DNA from: Octopus sinensis
Taxonomy: Eukaryota
NCBI RefSeq assembly: GCF_006345805.1
Contig: NC_043003.1
Location: 40,982,001 to 41,046,000 of the forward strand
Reading direction: 5' to 3'
Length of the DNA: 64,000 nt
Each line of letters begins with the position of its first letter. Within the stretch, counting starts at the first letter, position 1. Position numbers and translations under genes: made by a program. The notes beneath the pieces were generated by a model. That model had not been told where the DNA came from. It was given only the letters and a program-made list of their open reading frames with translations, and made no database searches. Positions 24,128-38,299 of this stretch are shown here, piece by piece.

Positions 24128-24685
24128 TTACATACATGCATACATGCATATATATATATGTATATATATATATATACGTGTGTGTGTCGTGTGTGCTCCA
24201 CGGTATGTTAATATGGTTCCCAATCCAGATATAGAAGGAAAGATAAACAGACGTTGTCATACGCACATACTTCGTACAGTGTAGAATGAAAAATGTCCTC
24301 ATGTAAAATAACCAATAAAAGAATATTTAAAGACTATTATGTTTGTGAAAAAAAGTAAACTGAAGAAACAGAATGTTTAGAGAAAAAAAAAACGGAGGGA
24401 AAAGAAGATAGAAGTGAAGTGTATTTGAAAAAAAAAAGCATTTGGACATGAAATCTAAAGACTTTCTTGAAACCTCCTGAAAGTATGCTTGAATTATGAA
24501 TGAGGCAAGGGAAGAGAAATAAGATAACATGAAATACAAGATGGCGACAAAAGAGATAATATAAACAGCTTCTCTACTGGCCGATGTACGTCAAGGAAAT
24601 TGAATGGTGAAATCAAATTAAAACTTCAATATTTTTTTAGAACAACAATAGCAATTTCAACATGGTGGACAATAACAACAACAAA

Positions 24686-24702
24686 AATTAATAATAATAA
24701 TA

Positions 24703-24753
<51 letters not shown>

Positions 24754-25067
24754 ATGGATAAAATAAATGAATAAATATAAAGTGTCAAAAGAAAATAGAA
24801 TATAACAGTATTCTGGTGTATAGAAATAAACTACATGAATTGGAAGAAAAAATATAATAATATAATATGACAATAAACTAATATAAATAAATAAATAAAT
24901 AAATACAGAAAACGAAACAAAACAATAAACAAACGGGGCAATAGTTTAGAAGTGAAGAAGGGATATAATAGCAACACACCGGAAATTACAATTTTCATAA
25001 TAAAATATGAAGTTTCGGTATAAAACTTTCAAACATTTCAATTTTAGTCAACAAACAAACCAACAAA

Positions 25068-25106
<39 letters not shown>

Positions 25107-25144
25107 ACTGAAAGCTTTCAAAATATGAAACCAACAACAACTAC

Positions 25145-25229
<85 letters not shown>

Positions 25230-25240
25230 TAACAATAATA
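24686..25240. repeat. (TAA)n and (TAAA)n microsatellite cluster
   Basis: Direct reading: (AAT)n at about 24686-24750 and 25146-25230, (AAAT)n at about 24880 and 25065-25105. Confidence 0.9.
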
Positions 25241-25518
25241 GTAGCAAATAAACAAATCTTGCGGGCTGGTATAGTTCAGTTTGACAAACGGCGAATGAAT
25301 GTCGTTCGTTTGAGAATGAGATTGTTTGAGAATGATGTTTGAAGATGACTGCGGAAAGCTGTAGGATAAAGAGAAAGTCTCAGACCGTAATGCAGCTAGC
25401 TGTCTTTACTAATTATAACCAATTTAATTTAACGGGAAAAATGACTAATTAAGGGCAGTTTCTTTATAAAAGAATTATAAATTTCATTATTTTGCCTCTC
25501 ATAAGAACATAAAAAAAT

Positions 25519-25557
25519 ATTATTATTATTATTGTTATTATTATTATTAAATTATTA

Positions 25558-25623
<66 letters not shown>

Positions 25624-25635
25624 TATTATTATTAT
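25519..25635. repeat. (TTA)n microsatellite abutting the 3' end of the R4/Dong element
   Basis: Direct reading; reads (TAA)n on the element's sense strand. Confidence 0.95.
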
Positions 25636-28213
25636 TCAGTAGTTTTATTATTATTTTTATAGCGTGCTTTCACTTCACTACCGAGCGCAGCTCTGTGTGC
25701 CTTGGGTATGTGCTGTGATTTGTTGTGATGCTCTGATGGTTATTGTATGGAAAGTGTTCTGCGTAGGATGTGTGCAGTGCCTAGTAGTGCAATTTTCTGT
25801 ATGTTATATGTGTTTGTAAGTCCTGGTGTTTTTGTTATGTATTGTCTGAATATTTTTTTATCATGCCTAATGCACCTACTATGATAGGAATTGTTTCTGT
25901 TTTCAGGTTCCACATTCTAGTTACCTCTATTTCCAGGTCTTTGTATTTTGAGAGTTTCTCCATTCTTTTAGAGACACGTTGTCATCTGCCGGTACTGATA
26001 CATCAATTAGAAAGCATTTTTTTCTTCATGGTCTCTGACAACTATATCTGGTCTGTTGGCCTTAATTTCTCTATCTGTGTGTATCGGCATATCCCAGAGT
26101 ATGGTTGCTTTCTCGTTTTCTGTGACCTTTTCTGGTGTGTGCCTATACCATCTTTTTTCTGTTGTTATTCCATAATGTTGGCATAGCTTCCAATGTATGT
26201 AAGTTCCAACTCTGTCATGTCTGTGAATATATTCCTTCTTAGCCAGGACTGGGCAGCTAGAGATAATATGATTTATTGTTTCTTGTCCATCTCCACATAT
26301 TCTGCATTTACTTGTAATATTTCTTTTCATTACATGTTTTTGGTAATTTCTGGTGGGGAGGCTTTGGTCTTGTACTGCAATTAAAAATCCCTCTGTTTCT
26401 GCTTTGAGTCCTGAGCTTCTCAACCATTGCTGGGATTTTTCTTTGTCTATTTCTTTTGCGTTTAGTTTAGTCCAGTATTTACCATGAAGGGGCTTTTCTT
26501 GCCATCGTTTTATCATGGTTCGTTGCTGTTCTATTTTTAGTTTGGATTTCATTTTTTTTATAGCTTTTGTTGTTTCTTCATCTTCTTCTTCTTCTTCATG
26601 TTTATTAGGTGGTATGATTTCTTGTTTGTATTTGTCAGCTTCCTTAAATACTGAGAACAGTTTTTTGTTTTGCTCGTGTTTTGCCGCTATCTGGATCAGT
26701 TTTCCTTCCTTCTGAAGTAGATATTTTTGCAGTCCTATGGTGGTTATTTTATAGCAGTCTTCCAGCTGTATAAGGCCTCTACCACCTTCTATACGTTGTA
26801 TATATAGTCTTTCTATGTCAGATTTTGGGTGATGCATCCTAGATCCTGTCATTATTTTTCTTGTTTTCCTGTCTATTTTGGTCAGTTCATTTCGTGTCCA
26901 GTTAAGGATATTGTAGCTGTAACTTATAACTGGGACAGCTAAAGTGTTGATACCTATTATCTTGTTTTTAGCATTGAGCTCTGTGTTTAGTATTGATCTA
27001 ACTCGTCTATAATATTCTTTTTTATTTTCTCTTTCATTTGTGTGTGTTGTGTCTTATCTAGTTCATGGATTCCTAAGTATTTGTAAGTTTGGCTTTGGTC
27101 TAATTCTTTTATTTCATTTGCTTCATCTAGTGTGATGTTGTTACTCTTAACTAGTTTTCCTCTTTTCATGGTTACTTTGGCGCATTTTTCTAATCCAAAT
27201 TTCATATCTATTTCTTTGGTAAATCCATGAACTGTCTTTAATAGTGTTTCCAGCTGTTTGTCATTTGCAGCGTATAGTTTTAGGTCATCCATATATAAAA
27301 GGTGGCTGATCGTTTTGCCGTAACATTTATATCCGCATCCAGTTCTATTTAGCATATCAGATAGAGGTGACAGTGCCAAGCAGAAAAGGAGTGGAGAGAG
27401 CGTATCTCCCTGGAATATTCCTCTTCTAATGGGGATGTCTTTGGTTTTCATGAGTCCCTCTTTTGTTTGGAGGTGTAGGACTGTTTGCCATTTATTCATA
27501 GAGTGCTCTATGAATTTTATGATTGTTGGTGCTACTTTGTTAATGGCTAGTGTTTCGAGGATCCATGTGTGGGGGATGCTATCAAACGCCTTTTTGTAGT
27601 CAATCCAGGCCATACTGAGGCCTTTCTTCTTTCTGTGGCTGTCTTCAGTTATGGCTTTATTAATCATTAGTTGATCTTTACAGCCATATGAGCCTTTGCG
27701 GCATCCTTTCTGCTCTTCTGGGAACAGTTTGTTTTCGTCCAGGTGCTTGTTCAGCCTTTGTGATATCACTGCAGTAAATGCCTTGAACATAGTAGGGAGG
27801 CAGGTTATTGGTCTGTAGTTTTCTGGTTTTTCTGTTTCATTTTATTTGGGAATTAAGATGGTTTTCCCCTTCGTGAGCCATTCAGGCATTGTCTCTGGCT
27901 CTGCTAGTACGTTGTTAAAGTTTTCAGCCAGCTTTTTGTGCATTCCTGTTAGATATTTCAACCAGAAGTTGGGGATCTTGTCATGCCCAGGTACCTTCCA
28001 GTTGCTTAGTCTTTGCAGTGCCTGGGTGACCTCTTCAGTTGTTATGGGGGTCCAAGTTTGTTCAGATGCCGAGTTTGTTATTTTGATACTCCTTTTTTTT
28101 GGTGGTTCGTTCGCCGACCATATTTCTCCCCAGAATTATTCCAATTCTTCTGCCGTTGGTGCTGCAGTGACTTCTATTTTATTTTTGCCCAGTTCTTGGT
28201 AGAACGTTTTGCA
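25636..28213 (-). mobile_element. 5'-truncated R4/Dong-clade non-LTR retrotransposon
   Basis: RT motifs AWIDYKKAFD, RGIFQGDTLSPLLF, YMDDLKLYA, YKYLG; CCHC knuckle CRICGDGQETINHIISSC; endonuclease motifs RPDIVV, IDVSVP..D, EK..KY..L, PIIVGALG; stop at 25740-25742, about 100-bp 3' UTR, then (TAA)n. Confidence 0.92.
25740..28210 (-). pseudogene. Disrupted RT / restriction-like endonuclease ORF of the R4/Dong element
   Basis: ORF-track pieces 26987-27790 and 26007-26852 join once 1-bp deletions at about 27020, 26020, 25960 and 25845 are restored; two in-frame TAA at about 27843 and 28137. Confidence 0.88.
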
Positions 28214-28379
28214 TAATAACCATGGTTTACTTAATGATAATGGGAGCTTATTTGATGTTTCAAGCTCAAATCTGCACCAATAGTGACAAGTAGGTCTAGC
28301 GTGAACAACTAATTTTCCACCAACATGAAAAAATTTATTAGAACAATAATGATAATTTAAGACTCAACCTTGTATTTTT

Positions 28380-28380
<1 letters not shown>

Positions 28381-28449
<69 letters not shown>
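28381..28449. repeat. (TAG)n microsatellite
   Basis: Direct reading. Confidence 0.95.
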
Positions 28450-31248
28450 ATATGTTTGAGATAAAAAGCCGTCAAAATGCTAAGAAATTAACTTTTGTAA
28501 TCAAAGATATTTAGGGTGTTTGAAGAATTGAGGAGAGTAAATTTCTAATCTGATATTGAATGGTATATGTTAGATACTTCCTCATATCAGTAGAGGACGA
28601 TGAACTGTTAACTACACTGATGTCATTAACAAAGCACAGAAGACAAAACTGGGGACTTTCCGAAGCTAATGATTATAGTGATTGCTCGTGCGGTGTGGTG
28701 AAAAATATTTCCGTTGAGTCTGAGAGAAATATTTGAATAATACTGTTTTTACACGACACAGAATGCCCACTCAAATGCTATCACATCTTTCCTTTTACTT
28801 CTTTCTACCTCCATACATTGCCTCTCGAAAGCTGTCGTGTTTATTTTAACATGCAACCATAGTTGGTATACTTATCTCCAAGTTTTCTCTTCTCTTTATA
28901 TTCAGTTCAAACACTAATTTCATCTGATTAGTCTTATTGTTTTCTTGGATCTGTTACTGTAAAGAACGAAATGCACTGGCCGTCTACAAAATCTTTTGAG
29001 AAGACAATTGGCCACCTAAAAACAATTTTGTACACACATGCTTATACAGTCAAACAAACATGCACACACACATACACACAGACACAGACACAGACACATA
29101 CACACAGACACACGCACACACACACACACACACACACATACACACAGACACACGCTCATACACGCAGACACACACACACAATTTGAACTTAAAAGGTGGT
29201 CGATGAAAGATTCTGTTGAACACACGAAGAAATATTTTGCTTAATCTAGAGAACTCTTATGTTCCCAGTTCAAACTCTGCAAAGACTTACTATGTCACTT
29301 ATCATTTCAGAGTTAAATATTATAGGTACCAATGCCATAGATGTAGCGCTAAAAGTGTTGTTTATTGAATATTTGCCAGTTGATTGAATTTCCTATTTTG
29401 GGTTTGATGTAGAATGTGTGTGTGTGTGTGTGTGTGTTGTGTGTGTGTGTGTATGTGTGTGTGCGCGTGAGTGTGTGTGTGTTTTTGCGCGCGTGTTTGT
29501 GTGTGAGCGTGAAATCCCGGCATCAATACGAGAAGAATAAAATCGGTAAATTACCTGAGGGTATAACTAAACTGAAGTAGCTGTTCAGAACAGGAAAAAT
29601 AAACGTCAGTTGTTTGTCTTCAGAGTGCATTAATCACTGATGCGCAAAGCTAGGAAGTATAATTTGCTCACATGTCTTGAAAAATACATATTACCTTTTG
29701 TATCTGAAGTAGTTAGCTTCCTTATCTCGTTAGCAGTATTTTTTTTTCAAAAATAATACATGAACTAATTCGCTATATTGTTCTATTCCTCAACATGTCA
29801 ATATTACTGTGCATGTAGAAGCAAATACATTATTTACGATAAAGAGGGAATGATCTTAGAATTGTTTATTTATATTGAGGTTCCCTAGGTTATTGAGAAT
29901 ACTGGTTATAAACAATAGTCTGTCACACATATCCCTAAATTCACGTTACTGTGCCCTGTATCAGTATTTTGAATTGCAAGTTTTGTCAGCCAGGCTTTTC
30001 AATATTGAACAATAATCAGTTCGTAAAATCTGATTTTTGATATTAATTCACTGGTAAAATAATATAGATACTAATAATTAAGTTTTAATTACGTTATGTT
30101 GTAAAATATTTGTGTCTTTAATTAATAGACTGTATACGGTAAAGTGTGTCAGCAAAACTCAAGGATATTCCTATTCTTAAATTATTAGGGTATATTTAAC
30201 GAATGACACGCACAATTCAACACGTAGTGTTGATTTCTCATTACTATCTAACACATCTCTTACGACACCAATGCTATTGGACAAGATATTACTGTCTCAA
30301 ACATCATTTTCTCTTATTTTCTAATCTATCAAAATAAAACATGAATTGACATGAATTTTTTCAGAAAGATCTTCCTTGGTTGAGCTATTTCTGCTCTGTG
30401 AATTTTCCATAATACTGTTAAGTTGCTCCTTGGAGCATAACCATTATACATCTTTCCCGTTTATTTCGTGAGTGTTTCATTGTCGACATAGTACATTTTC
30501 CGGCTAATGTTGGTAAAAAAAAAAAAAAAAAACCTTCCTTATTGCATTCAGCGCTAAAGTATTGAGTTTAGAATATTTCTTTTTAATTCCTTACTTAGAC
30601 CAAATTGATTTAACATTTTCCAAGAAAGATCCTCTTTTTACGGCAATGTGATTTGCTTTCATCCTCTGGTATATAGCATGTTGTTAATTGATTTTGTAGT
30701 CTTTGGAGTTTCACATTAAGCATAAGTATATATAGTATATAAAACATTTTATTAGCATATCCCAGATATTTCGAGAATCTCTGTACAATATAATCAGTAT
30801 ATATATTTTTTATGAGATGGAGGTTTGTGCCTGCTTAACTTATCCCTCTCACACGTTGTTATAGTTTATAAATATTTATATTATCTGCTAGTTTCCTTCT
30901 CAACCTGGGTGGTGTAGTCTGGGCGATTTTCTTCTTTACTACGGACGCTGAATTTATCTTTTTAACAGTTGTTTGAGTAAGATAGCAGATGAATATACAT
31001 AAGTATTGCCTGATATATAATCTATAAAAATATCTTTGGGATAATATTTGATATGAGACTTTGTTTTTTACTGACATTTGGATCAACCCTCACAAAAATT
31101 ATTGGAAAAATATTATGCAAAAAATAGATTATTTGTGAAATTTTAATTAATGTCTGCAAAATTTGATCCAAAAATGATTTTAGTTTCTACACACATATAT
31201 ACATCCAGATGTGCATGCATACATGTATACATACATACATACACACAT

Positions 31249-31281
<33 letters not shown>

Positions 31282-31331
31282 CATACATGCGTTTTCATAT
31301 ATAAACTCATATATACGAACATATATATATA

Positions 31332-31376
<45 letters not shown>

Positions 31377-31377
<1 letters not shown>

Positions 31378-33170
31378 TAGCTGAAGGTTACCCGCTCTAC
31401 GCGCGGGTAAGAGTGTGGTTGTTACTTTCCGTTGCTTCCTTTCAGCACGTAAAAAGCACCATCCGAACGTGGCGGATTGCAGCGCCACCTTGACTGGCTT
31501 CTGTGCTGGTGGCACGTAAAAAGCACCAACCGATCGTGGCCGCTGCCAGCCCCCCTGGCACCTGTGCAGGTGGCACGAAAAAAGCAACCACTACGCTGAA
31601 AGAGTGGTTGGCGTTAGGAAGGGCATCCACCTGTAGAAACACTGCCAGATCAGACTGGAGCCTGGTGCAGCCTCTTGGCTTCCCAGACCCCTGTCAAACT
31701 GTCCAACCCGTGCTAGCACGGAAAACGGACGTTAGACGATGATGATGATGATTATGATGATGATGATGATGATGATGATTCTCCTTCTTTGTTTCTCTCT
31801 CCTTTCTCTCTCACTTTCCCATTCTCTTACTCTTCCTTTCTCTCGGACTCTCCCTCGCTTTCTCTTACTCTCTATCTTTATCTATCTCTCTCCCATTTAT
31901 AAATAACAAAAGATCTTGAGTAAGTTGAGAAATAAAATATTTAGAAAGTTCAATCATAAATATCAGGCAGTAACAACGGAAAAGTCTGCTTCAAGGCAGA
32001 CAGTAAAACACTAACATTTAAAAGGGACAGACGAACTTGCGAGCTGAATAAAAATAATAAAATATTGGAAACCAAAGTTTGAAGGGATAGAATTTGAGGA
32101 TAGTAGAGTCACCATGGCTGGCATTTCTTAACGACGGACAGCAACGTATTGACAGTTCAACGGCTGGCGTAAAATTTTGAACTTGATGTAAAAGAAAATC
32201 CCTAAAAACCAAGTTTTGAATTGATTCTTTCTCACGACAGTAGACTGACGATGGAATGCATTCAAAACTTCTTCATCATGGACGGCAACACATTGACGAT
32301 TAAAAGGCTGGCGCAATTTTTTTAGCTTGATGTAATAGAGAATTGCTAAACACCCGTTCCTTTAAATTTTAATCCCCTTCCAGCCCCATTTAGACACCTT
32401 TTCACATTTTGGTTAATATAACCCGATTTCATTTGGGTCTACTGGGGCCACATTTTATAAGATGAGGACTCAACCAAGTTTCCCGAGTTCTGGTCATAGA
32501 CCATAGAACACTCAACCAAGTTCCCCCAGTTCTGGTCATTTGCAAAATAAATAGAGCGGCGGAGGTGGCAGACGTCGTTGCAATGTAAACATGATTTGTT
32601 TTAAGAGAAAGATTGTCCAGATTGTGTGTTGGTGGTGGTGGTGGCGATGATAATTATCTTTATGAATGGAGATAAAGAGAAATTGAAGGGGAGTTAGAGG
32701 TAGAAAGAAAAGGTGTAAATTTTGGAGTGAATCCGACGGGATATAGTGGGCTTTAACCCCGGCAAAAAAAATAATATCTGTTGCGCTTCTGAAAGAGGTG
32801 AAGTAGGAATATTGAAACTTTTGCGGCTGTCATTGATAGACGCGTTGTAGAATAAATAGAGACGGCGAAAAAAGAGAGAGCTCGAGAAAGAAAAGGTGAT
32901 ATATGAAAGAGAGGACGGGAAAATGAAATATTTTGCAATGTAAACATGATTTGTTTTAAGAGAAAGATTGTCATGATTGTGTGTTGGTGGTGGTGGTGGT
33001 GGTGGTGGCGATGATAATTATCATTAGGAAAAAGAGTGAGTGAGTGAGGAAGACATATACATAAGTTGTGGCGATGATAATTCTAGACCCCTTTTCACAT
33101 TTTGATGAAGAGAACCCGATTTCATTCGGGTCTACTGGGGCCACATATAGGTGTGTGTGTGTGTGTGCAC
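31377..33170 (+). mobile_element. Probable non-autonomous Helitron-like composite element with internal duplications
   Basis: Starts (TA)n|ACTAGC...ACCCG...CGCGCGGG like known non-autonomous Helitron ends; internal direct repeats 32130-32200/32280-32345, 32395-32455/33090-33147, 32581-32660/32938-33020; hairpin ACCCGA...TCGGGT near the end. Confidence 0.45.
31435..31778 (+). mobile_element. SINE 3' part with (GAT)n tail
   Basis: GCACGTAAAAAGCACC repeats, GTTGGCGTTAGGAAGGGCATCCA...GAAAACGGACGTTAGACGATGATGAT tail, resembling RTE-tailed mollusc SINEs. Confidence 0.7.
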
Positions 33171-33280
33171 GCTGTAGAAATTAAATTAGAGATAAAACCA
33201 CTAATAGGGAAATGAAACAGTAAAAAAACCAAAAACAAAAACATAAAAATAAAAATATAATATTAGATATATGTATATAT

Positions 33281-33672
33281 AGGCGCAGGAGTGGCTGTGT
33301 GGTAAGTAGCTTGCTAACCAACCACATGGCTCCGGGTTCAGTCCCACTGCGTGGCATCTTGGGCAAGTATCTTCTGCTATAGCTCCGGGCCGACCAATGC
33401 CTTTTGAGTGGATTTGGTAGACGGAAACTGAAAGAAGCCTGTCGTATATATGTATTTATATATATATGTGTGTGTGTTTGTGTGTTTGTCCCCCTAGCAT
33501 TGCTTGACAACCGATGCTGGTGTGTTTACGTCCCCGTTACTTAGCGGTTCGGCAAAAGAGACCGATAGAATAAGTACTGGGCTTACAAAGAATAAGTCCC
33601 GGGGTCGATTTGCTCGACTAAAGGCGGTGCTCCAGCATGGCCGCAGTCAAATGACTGAAACAAGTAAAAGAA
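33281..33672 (+). mobile_element. Full-length tRNA-derived SINE with CORE-like central block
   Basis: A-box-like TGGCTGTGTGG, B-box-like GGTTCAGTCCC, CTTGGGCAAGT central block, internal (TA)/(TG) tract, A-rich tail; related copies at 34252, 44578 and 59485. Confidence 0.88.
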
Positions 33673-34103
33673 AAAAAAAGAAATATGTGTGTGAGTGTGT
33701 GTGAGTGTGTGTTGACAGGTAGACAATAGAATGCGATGGCGATGACGATGTAATATTTGTTTCTGTCTATGAACGCAGACAGATACATGAGTAAAAGTTA
33801 TGGGAAGCTAAGAGTGAGTGAAAATGTTCTTGGAAGAGAGGAAATAGCGAGAGAGCGATTCGAGGAAGACTTTACATTAAATAACGGGAGTGGCATTGTC
33901 AAATGAAGAGGAGTGAGAGGGTACTGGAGGAAATAGCGTGAGTGAGAAAGATGGCCCCTAGCAACCACACCTTTTAAGATAGGGATTTCTAAGGTAGACC
34001 ACGAGCATCGTCACCTCATTCTACATGTCCCTGTAAATTTTGGAGCGAATTGGACGGGATGTAGTGGCATTGAAAACGATCCAAGCGGTAAAAACGCATT
34101 TCA

Positions 34104-34179
<76 letters not shown>

Positions 34180-34251
34180 CACACATATTCATATTTATAT
34201 ACTATCTTACACTTATATACGTTTCAGCAATTTGTGTGCGTCCATGCTGAA

Positions 34252-34570
34252 TCACCGTCTTTAGCCGAACGAATCGAACCCAGGACTTATCCTTTGTAAG
34301 CGTAGTACTAATTATCCGTCTCTTTTGCCGAACCGCTAAGTTTCTGAGTCATAAACAAACGGTTTTCAAGTGGTGGTGGGGGACAAACATGGACACAAAG
34401 ACACAAATGCATAAATACCCCCACACACAGACACACACACACGCACGTACACATATACACCACGGGCTTTCAGTTTCCGTCAACCAAATCTACTCACAAG
34501 ACCATGGTCGGCCCGAGACTATATTAAAGACGGTCAGTTGGGTGCCGTCAGTGAGTATAACGACACTATT
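34252..34570 (-). mobile_element. Degenerate copy of the 33281 SINE family
   Basis: TTTGCCGAACCGCTAAGT and TTTCAGTTTCCGTC..CCAAATCTACTCACAAG are reverse complements of blocks in the 33281 copy. Confidence 0.75.
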
Positions 34571-34639
34571 AGGCAATTCACTCTGCAACAAATTTGGAAA
34601 CAACATGCTGTACTGCGTGGCATTCTTGCCTAAAGCTCC

Positions 34640-34915
34640 AAAACGAACATTTCAAAGTGTTTGGGTATCAATCTGAGGGCAGTGCAAAGGATTCGGACAG
34701 GGTTGGGTGAGTCTAATGGTAATTACAAAGGTATGGCAGCTCTGAAAACTCACTATAATCGTTCTGATAAGAAAAGAACTCCCGAATTTGTTGGAGAGAT
34801 CCAGTCGATGATTGACAACGATCCCTCTAAGTCAATCACATCCATCACCAGGGATATGGGAGTGTCTGTAATTCTTATCAGGCAGGTAGTGCATGACGAC
34901 ATTCGGTATTCCTCA
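34640..34915 (+). mobile_element. Tc1/mariner transposase N-terminal fragment
   Basis: RSDKKRTPEFVGEIQSMIDNDPSKSITSITRDMGVS...IRQVVHDDIRYSSY, an HTH region typical of Tc1/mariner transposases. Confidence 0.7.
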
Positions 34916-35621
34916 TACTACAAATTTAAATTTAAATATTTTTCTAATCTTCTTTCAATTTAAATACTGTATATACGTGGACCCGTATGTATCAAAACAT
35001 TTTTAGTGATTATGAAAAAGCTGCTTAACCATTCTTTCTCTTCTTTTTGACTCTTTTACTTTTTACTTCGTACTTTATATATATATACGTGAATAAATTC
35101 TCCAATGGAGAACATACCACACACACACACATATATATATATATTATATATATATATACGTACACCTGTCAGATAGCTATTTTCAATGGATGAATGAATG
35201 ACCTAAAATCATAGTGATGATGCGCCACACTTGGAGGCCAATAGCGTTTTCATAAAATTAATTGCCAGAATTACGTGTTTTACATCCCGTATGAGAATTC
35301 ACTGGATCAAAATATAGGCAGCTGTACTGTCCCTATGAAAAAGAATAAGGGTGAGATATGGTAGTCCAATAATGTTCATTTATGATAATATTAGGCTTTC
35401 ATACTTTATTCTAGAATACTATCAGAATGTATTTACATGCACAGAATGATACATCTTTCCCTGCCAAACCACTAAAAAAAACGTATCTCAGTAAGCGTAT
35501 CACGGAACATTCTGATGCTCTTCTCCAAAAATGTTTTGTAAATAAAAAAAATGAATGTGTGTTATAAGAGAGCAGCTCCTATACACCGGCATATACATAC
35601 ATACGTACGTACATACATACA

Positions 35622-35657
<36 letters not shown>

Positions 35658-35915
35658 TATATATACATATATACGTGCATACATGCATACATTTACATAT
35701 ATATATATGTATACACTCACACGGTCACACACATATATATAAAACTGTGTTTATGTATAATAAACGTGTATATAAATACTCAACCATATTTATTTATATA
35801 AACATCTACATATACACACACTTATTTATATGAACATATCTATCTCTCTGTCGATCTGTCCGTCTTTATGTCTGTCTACCTCTGTCTGTCTGTCTCTCTC
35901 TCTTTATATATATAT

Positions 35916-35962
<47 letters not shown>

Positions 35963-37632
35963 GTATATGTGTATGTATTTATTTTGTCCATTCATGTAGA
36001 CACTCTCATCTATATCTAGTTTGTATTATCTATCCTTCTTGAGTGGAACTGGATTTGATACATGACCTCCACAGTTCATAGCGTTATTACAACAATTACT
36101 ACATAGTGTTGGAGTAAGAAAGGAAAGAGTATTAAAAGACAAGAAAGATTAGTACGATTGAGAAGCGAAGAAGGAAGGAGAAAATTATTACAAAGAGAGA
36201 TCAGGAAATGAGAGGAAGAACTAATATAAGGGGAAAGCATCAGAAACGAAGAGACGAAAGAAGGAATGCAAATAATGTGGAAGCCGGAGAGCAGAGAGAA
36301 GTGAAATGAAAGAGACTGTTGAGGTAGCCATTAATTATGGTAAAATGGCGAACTATAAACCAAATATAATTACCATGAAACAGTAAAATTTGAATGTAAT
36401 TATCAAGCATCCAGCAATTAAGAAACGTTACACTACAATAAGAGGTTTGCTGTGTACGGAATTAGTTGCTAACAAACACCGTCAGATGAACTGTAATTGT
36501 GAAAGAACAAGAGGGCTATTTTTTTGTTTGCTGAAATTATTCGGAAAATGGCGGTAGATGACGAGAGCGACAGTTAAGGAATATTACAAAGAAATACATA
36601 AAAATCAATCATAAAGACTTATCAAAAAATAAAAAGAAGCAAAAAAAAAACAATATAAAAGCGTAACGAATGAAAAGGAGTGGAAAGAAGGAAGCTTATT
36701 TTCCTTGGACAATACTGTTTTGTTTGAGTTCATTATTTAGAAGTGTAGACCATGACATTTATTGCCGAGTGAACAAATAACCCTTTGAACGCAAATATTG
36801 ACTGTCATTTAGAAGCAGCTTTGATTGGTCTTCAAATAGCTGTCTGAGCTTTATATATTTTAATGTGGATGTGACAGAGACCGCGATAATAACTGTATCC
36901 TTTGTTCAGAACATAAGCAAAATTGTTTTTTTTTCCCTATTGTGATGTGTAACGGAATTAACTAATATACAATACTCTGTTAATACGTAATTCATTATTT
37001 TTTTATGATTGAATCACAAGAAACATCTTTTATTATTCTTTATCAGGAGTGAAAATGTTACTGTAGCGATTCACGTAGAGAAGGATTCGTTGCTCTCATA
37101 TTAGCTTCCCGCCGTGCTGTGGTACAACGCAAGGCACAAAATAGAGAGCCTTTACGATCTCCATCAACATGCTAAAAATAGCTGTCATTTCCGATACAAT
37201 TGCCTCCCTAAGTCTTAAACAATGAAACGAACAAAGACCGAATGACTGGCTGATGTAATTCTAGATAGACATCTAAAGAGACAGCGATTCCGCGTCTTTA
37301 ATTCATTGCTTTCATCATAGCTCTCTTCGGTTGGAGTTGGCATTGACGATGGTACATAACAACTAAACAACTACAAAACTACGAAAGTCACATTCATAAA
37401 ACGATAATATATGTGCAAAGCACATATTTTTACCAAGCAAGACCTATCCTGACGACACACGATCTTATTTTACGTATATATTTTGTATGCGAGACGAAAC
37501 TCTATAATATGGTCAGATATATTCAGAATTAAGCTGTTCCAGTTCCAGTTTTAGGTTTAAAACCACGGGTGGGTGTAATCTAAACGAACAACGTGTTCTG
37601 CAGGAGGAGGCATGATATCAATACACACGCAC

Positions 37633-37663
<31 letters not shown>

Positions 37664-38299
37664 CATACATACATACATACATACATACATACATACATAG
37701 ATGCACGCATGAATGCATACATTCATGCATATGTAAGCACACGCATATAACATGCATACATATAAAGTAGAATAATAATGATTTGGAAAACGGGCAGATA
37801 CCTTATAGCACTCTGATATAATCCAGATCTATTCATATATATGTGTGTGTGTGTACCTGTGTGCGTGTGTGCGTAAGTTTGCGTATGTGTGTGCATGCAC
37901 GTGTGTGCGTGCGTGTGTGTGGTTGTGTGTGTGTGTGCATGCACGTGTGTGTGTGTATTTGCGTGTCTGTGTGTTTTTTTTGTGTGTGTGTGTGTGGTAA
38001 AAAGATAATCTGGCCTGAATATTGTAAATGAATCCTATTCGGTTATTGGCACCTAAGGGTCAGGCACTGCGAGACTGATCGTGGATTAAATTTACCAACC
38101 AAAAGACGTGAAGGACAAACAGTTTTCGTCTATCTAATTTTACTCATTAAACTTGTGGTGTCCAGACATTATGATTTAAAGCTTTTGCCAAAGCTCCCGT
38201 ACGCAAATTAAACTCGCAAATTATGAAACTTGAAATCAAATTTTCCAACCACTCAGCATGGTTATGAGCTTTCACTTTGCTTCAGATAGAAACACGTTC

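Noticed and set aside
27640-28040. CTGAAGA heptamers on the minus strand inside the R4 ORF
   Set aside because: Coding sequence with no complementary stems; chance matches.
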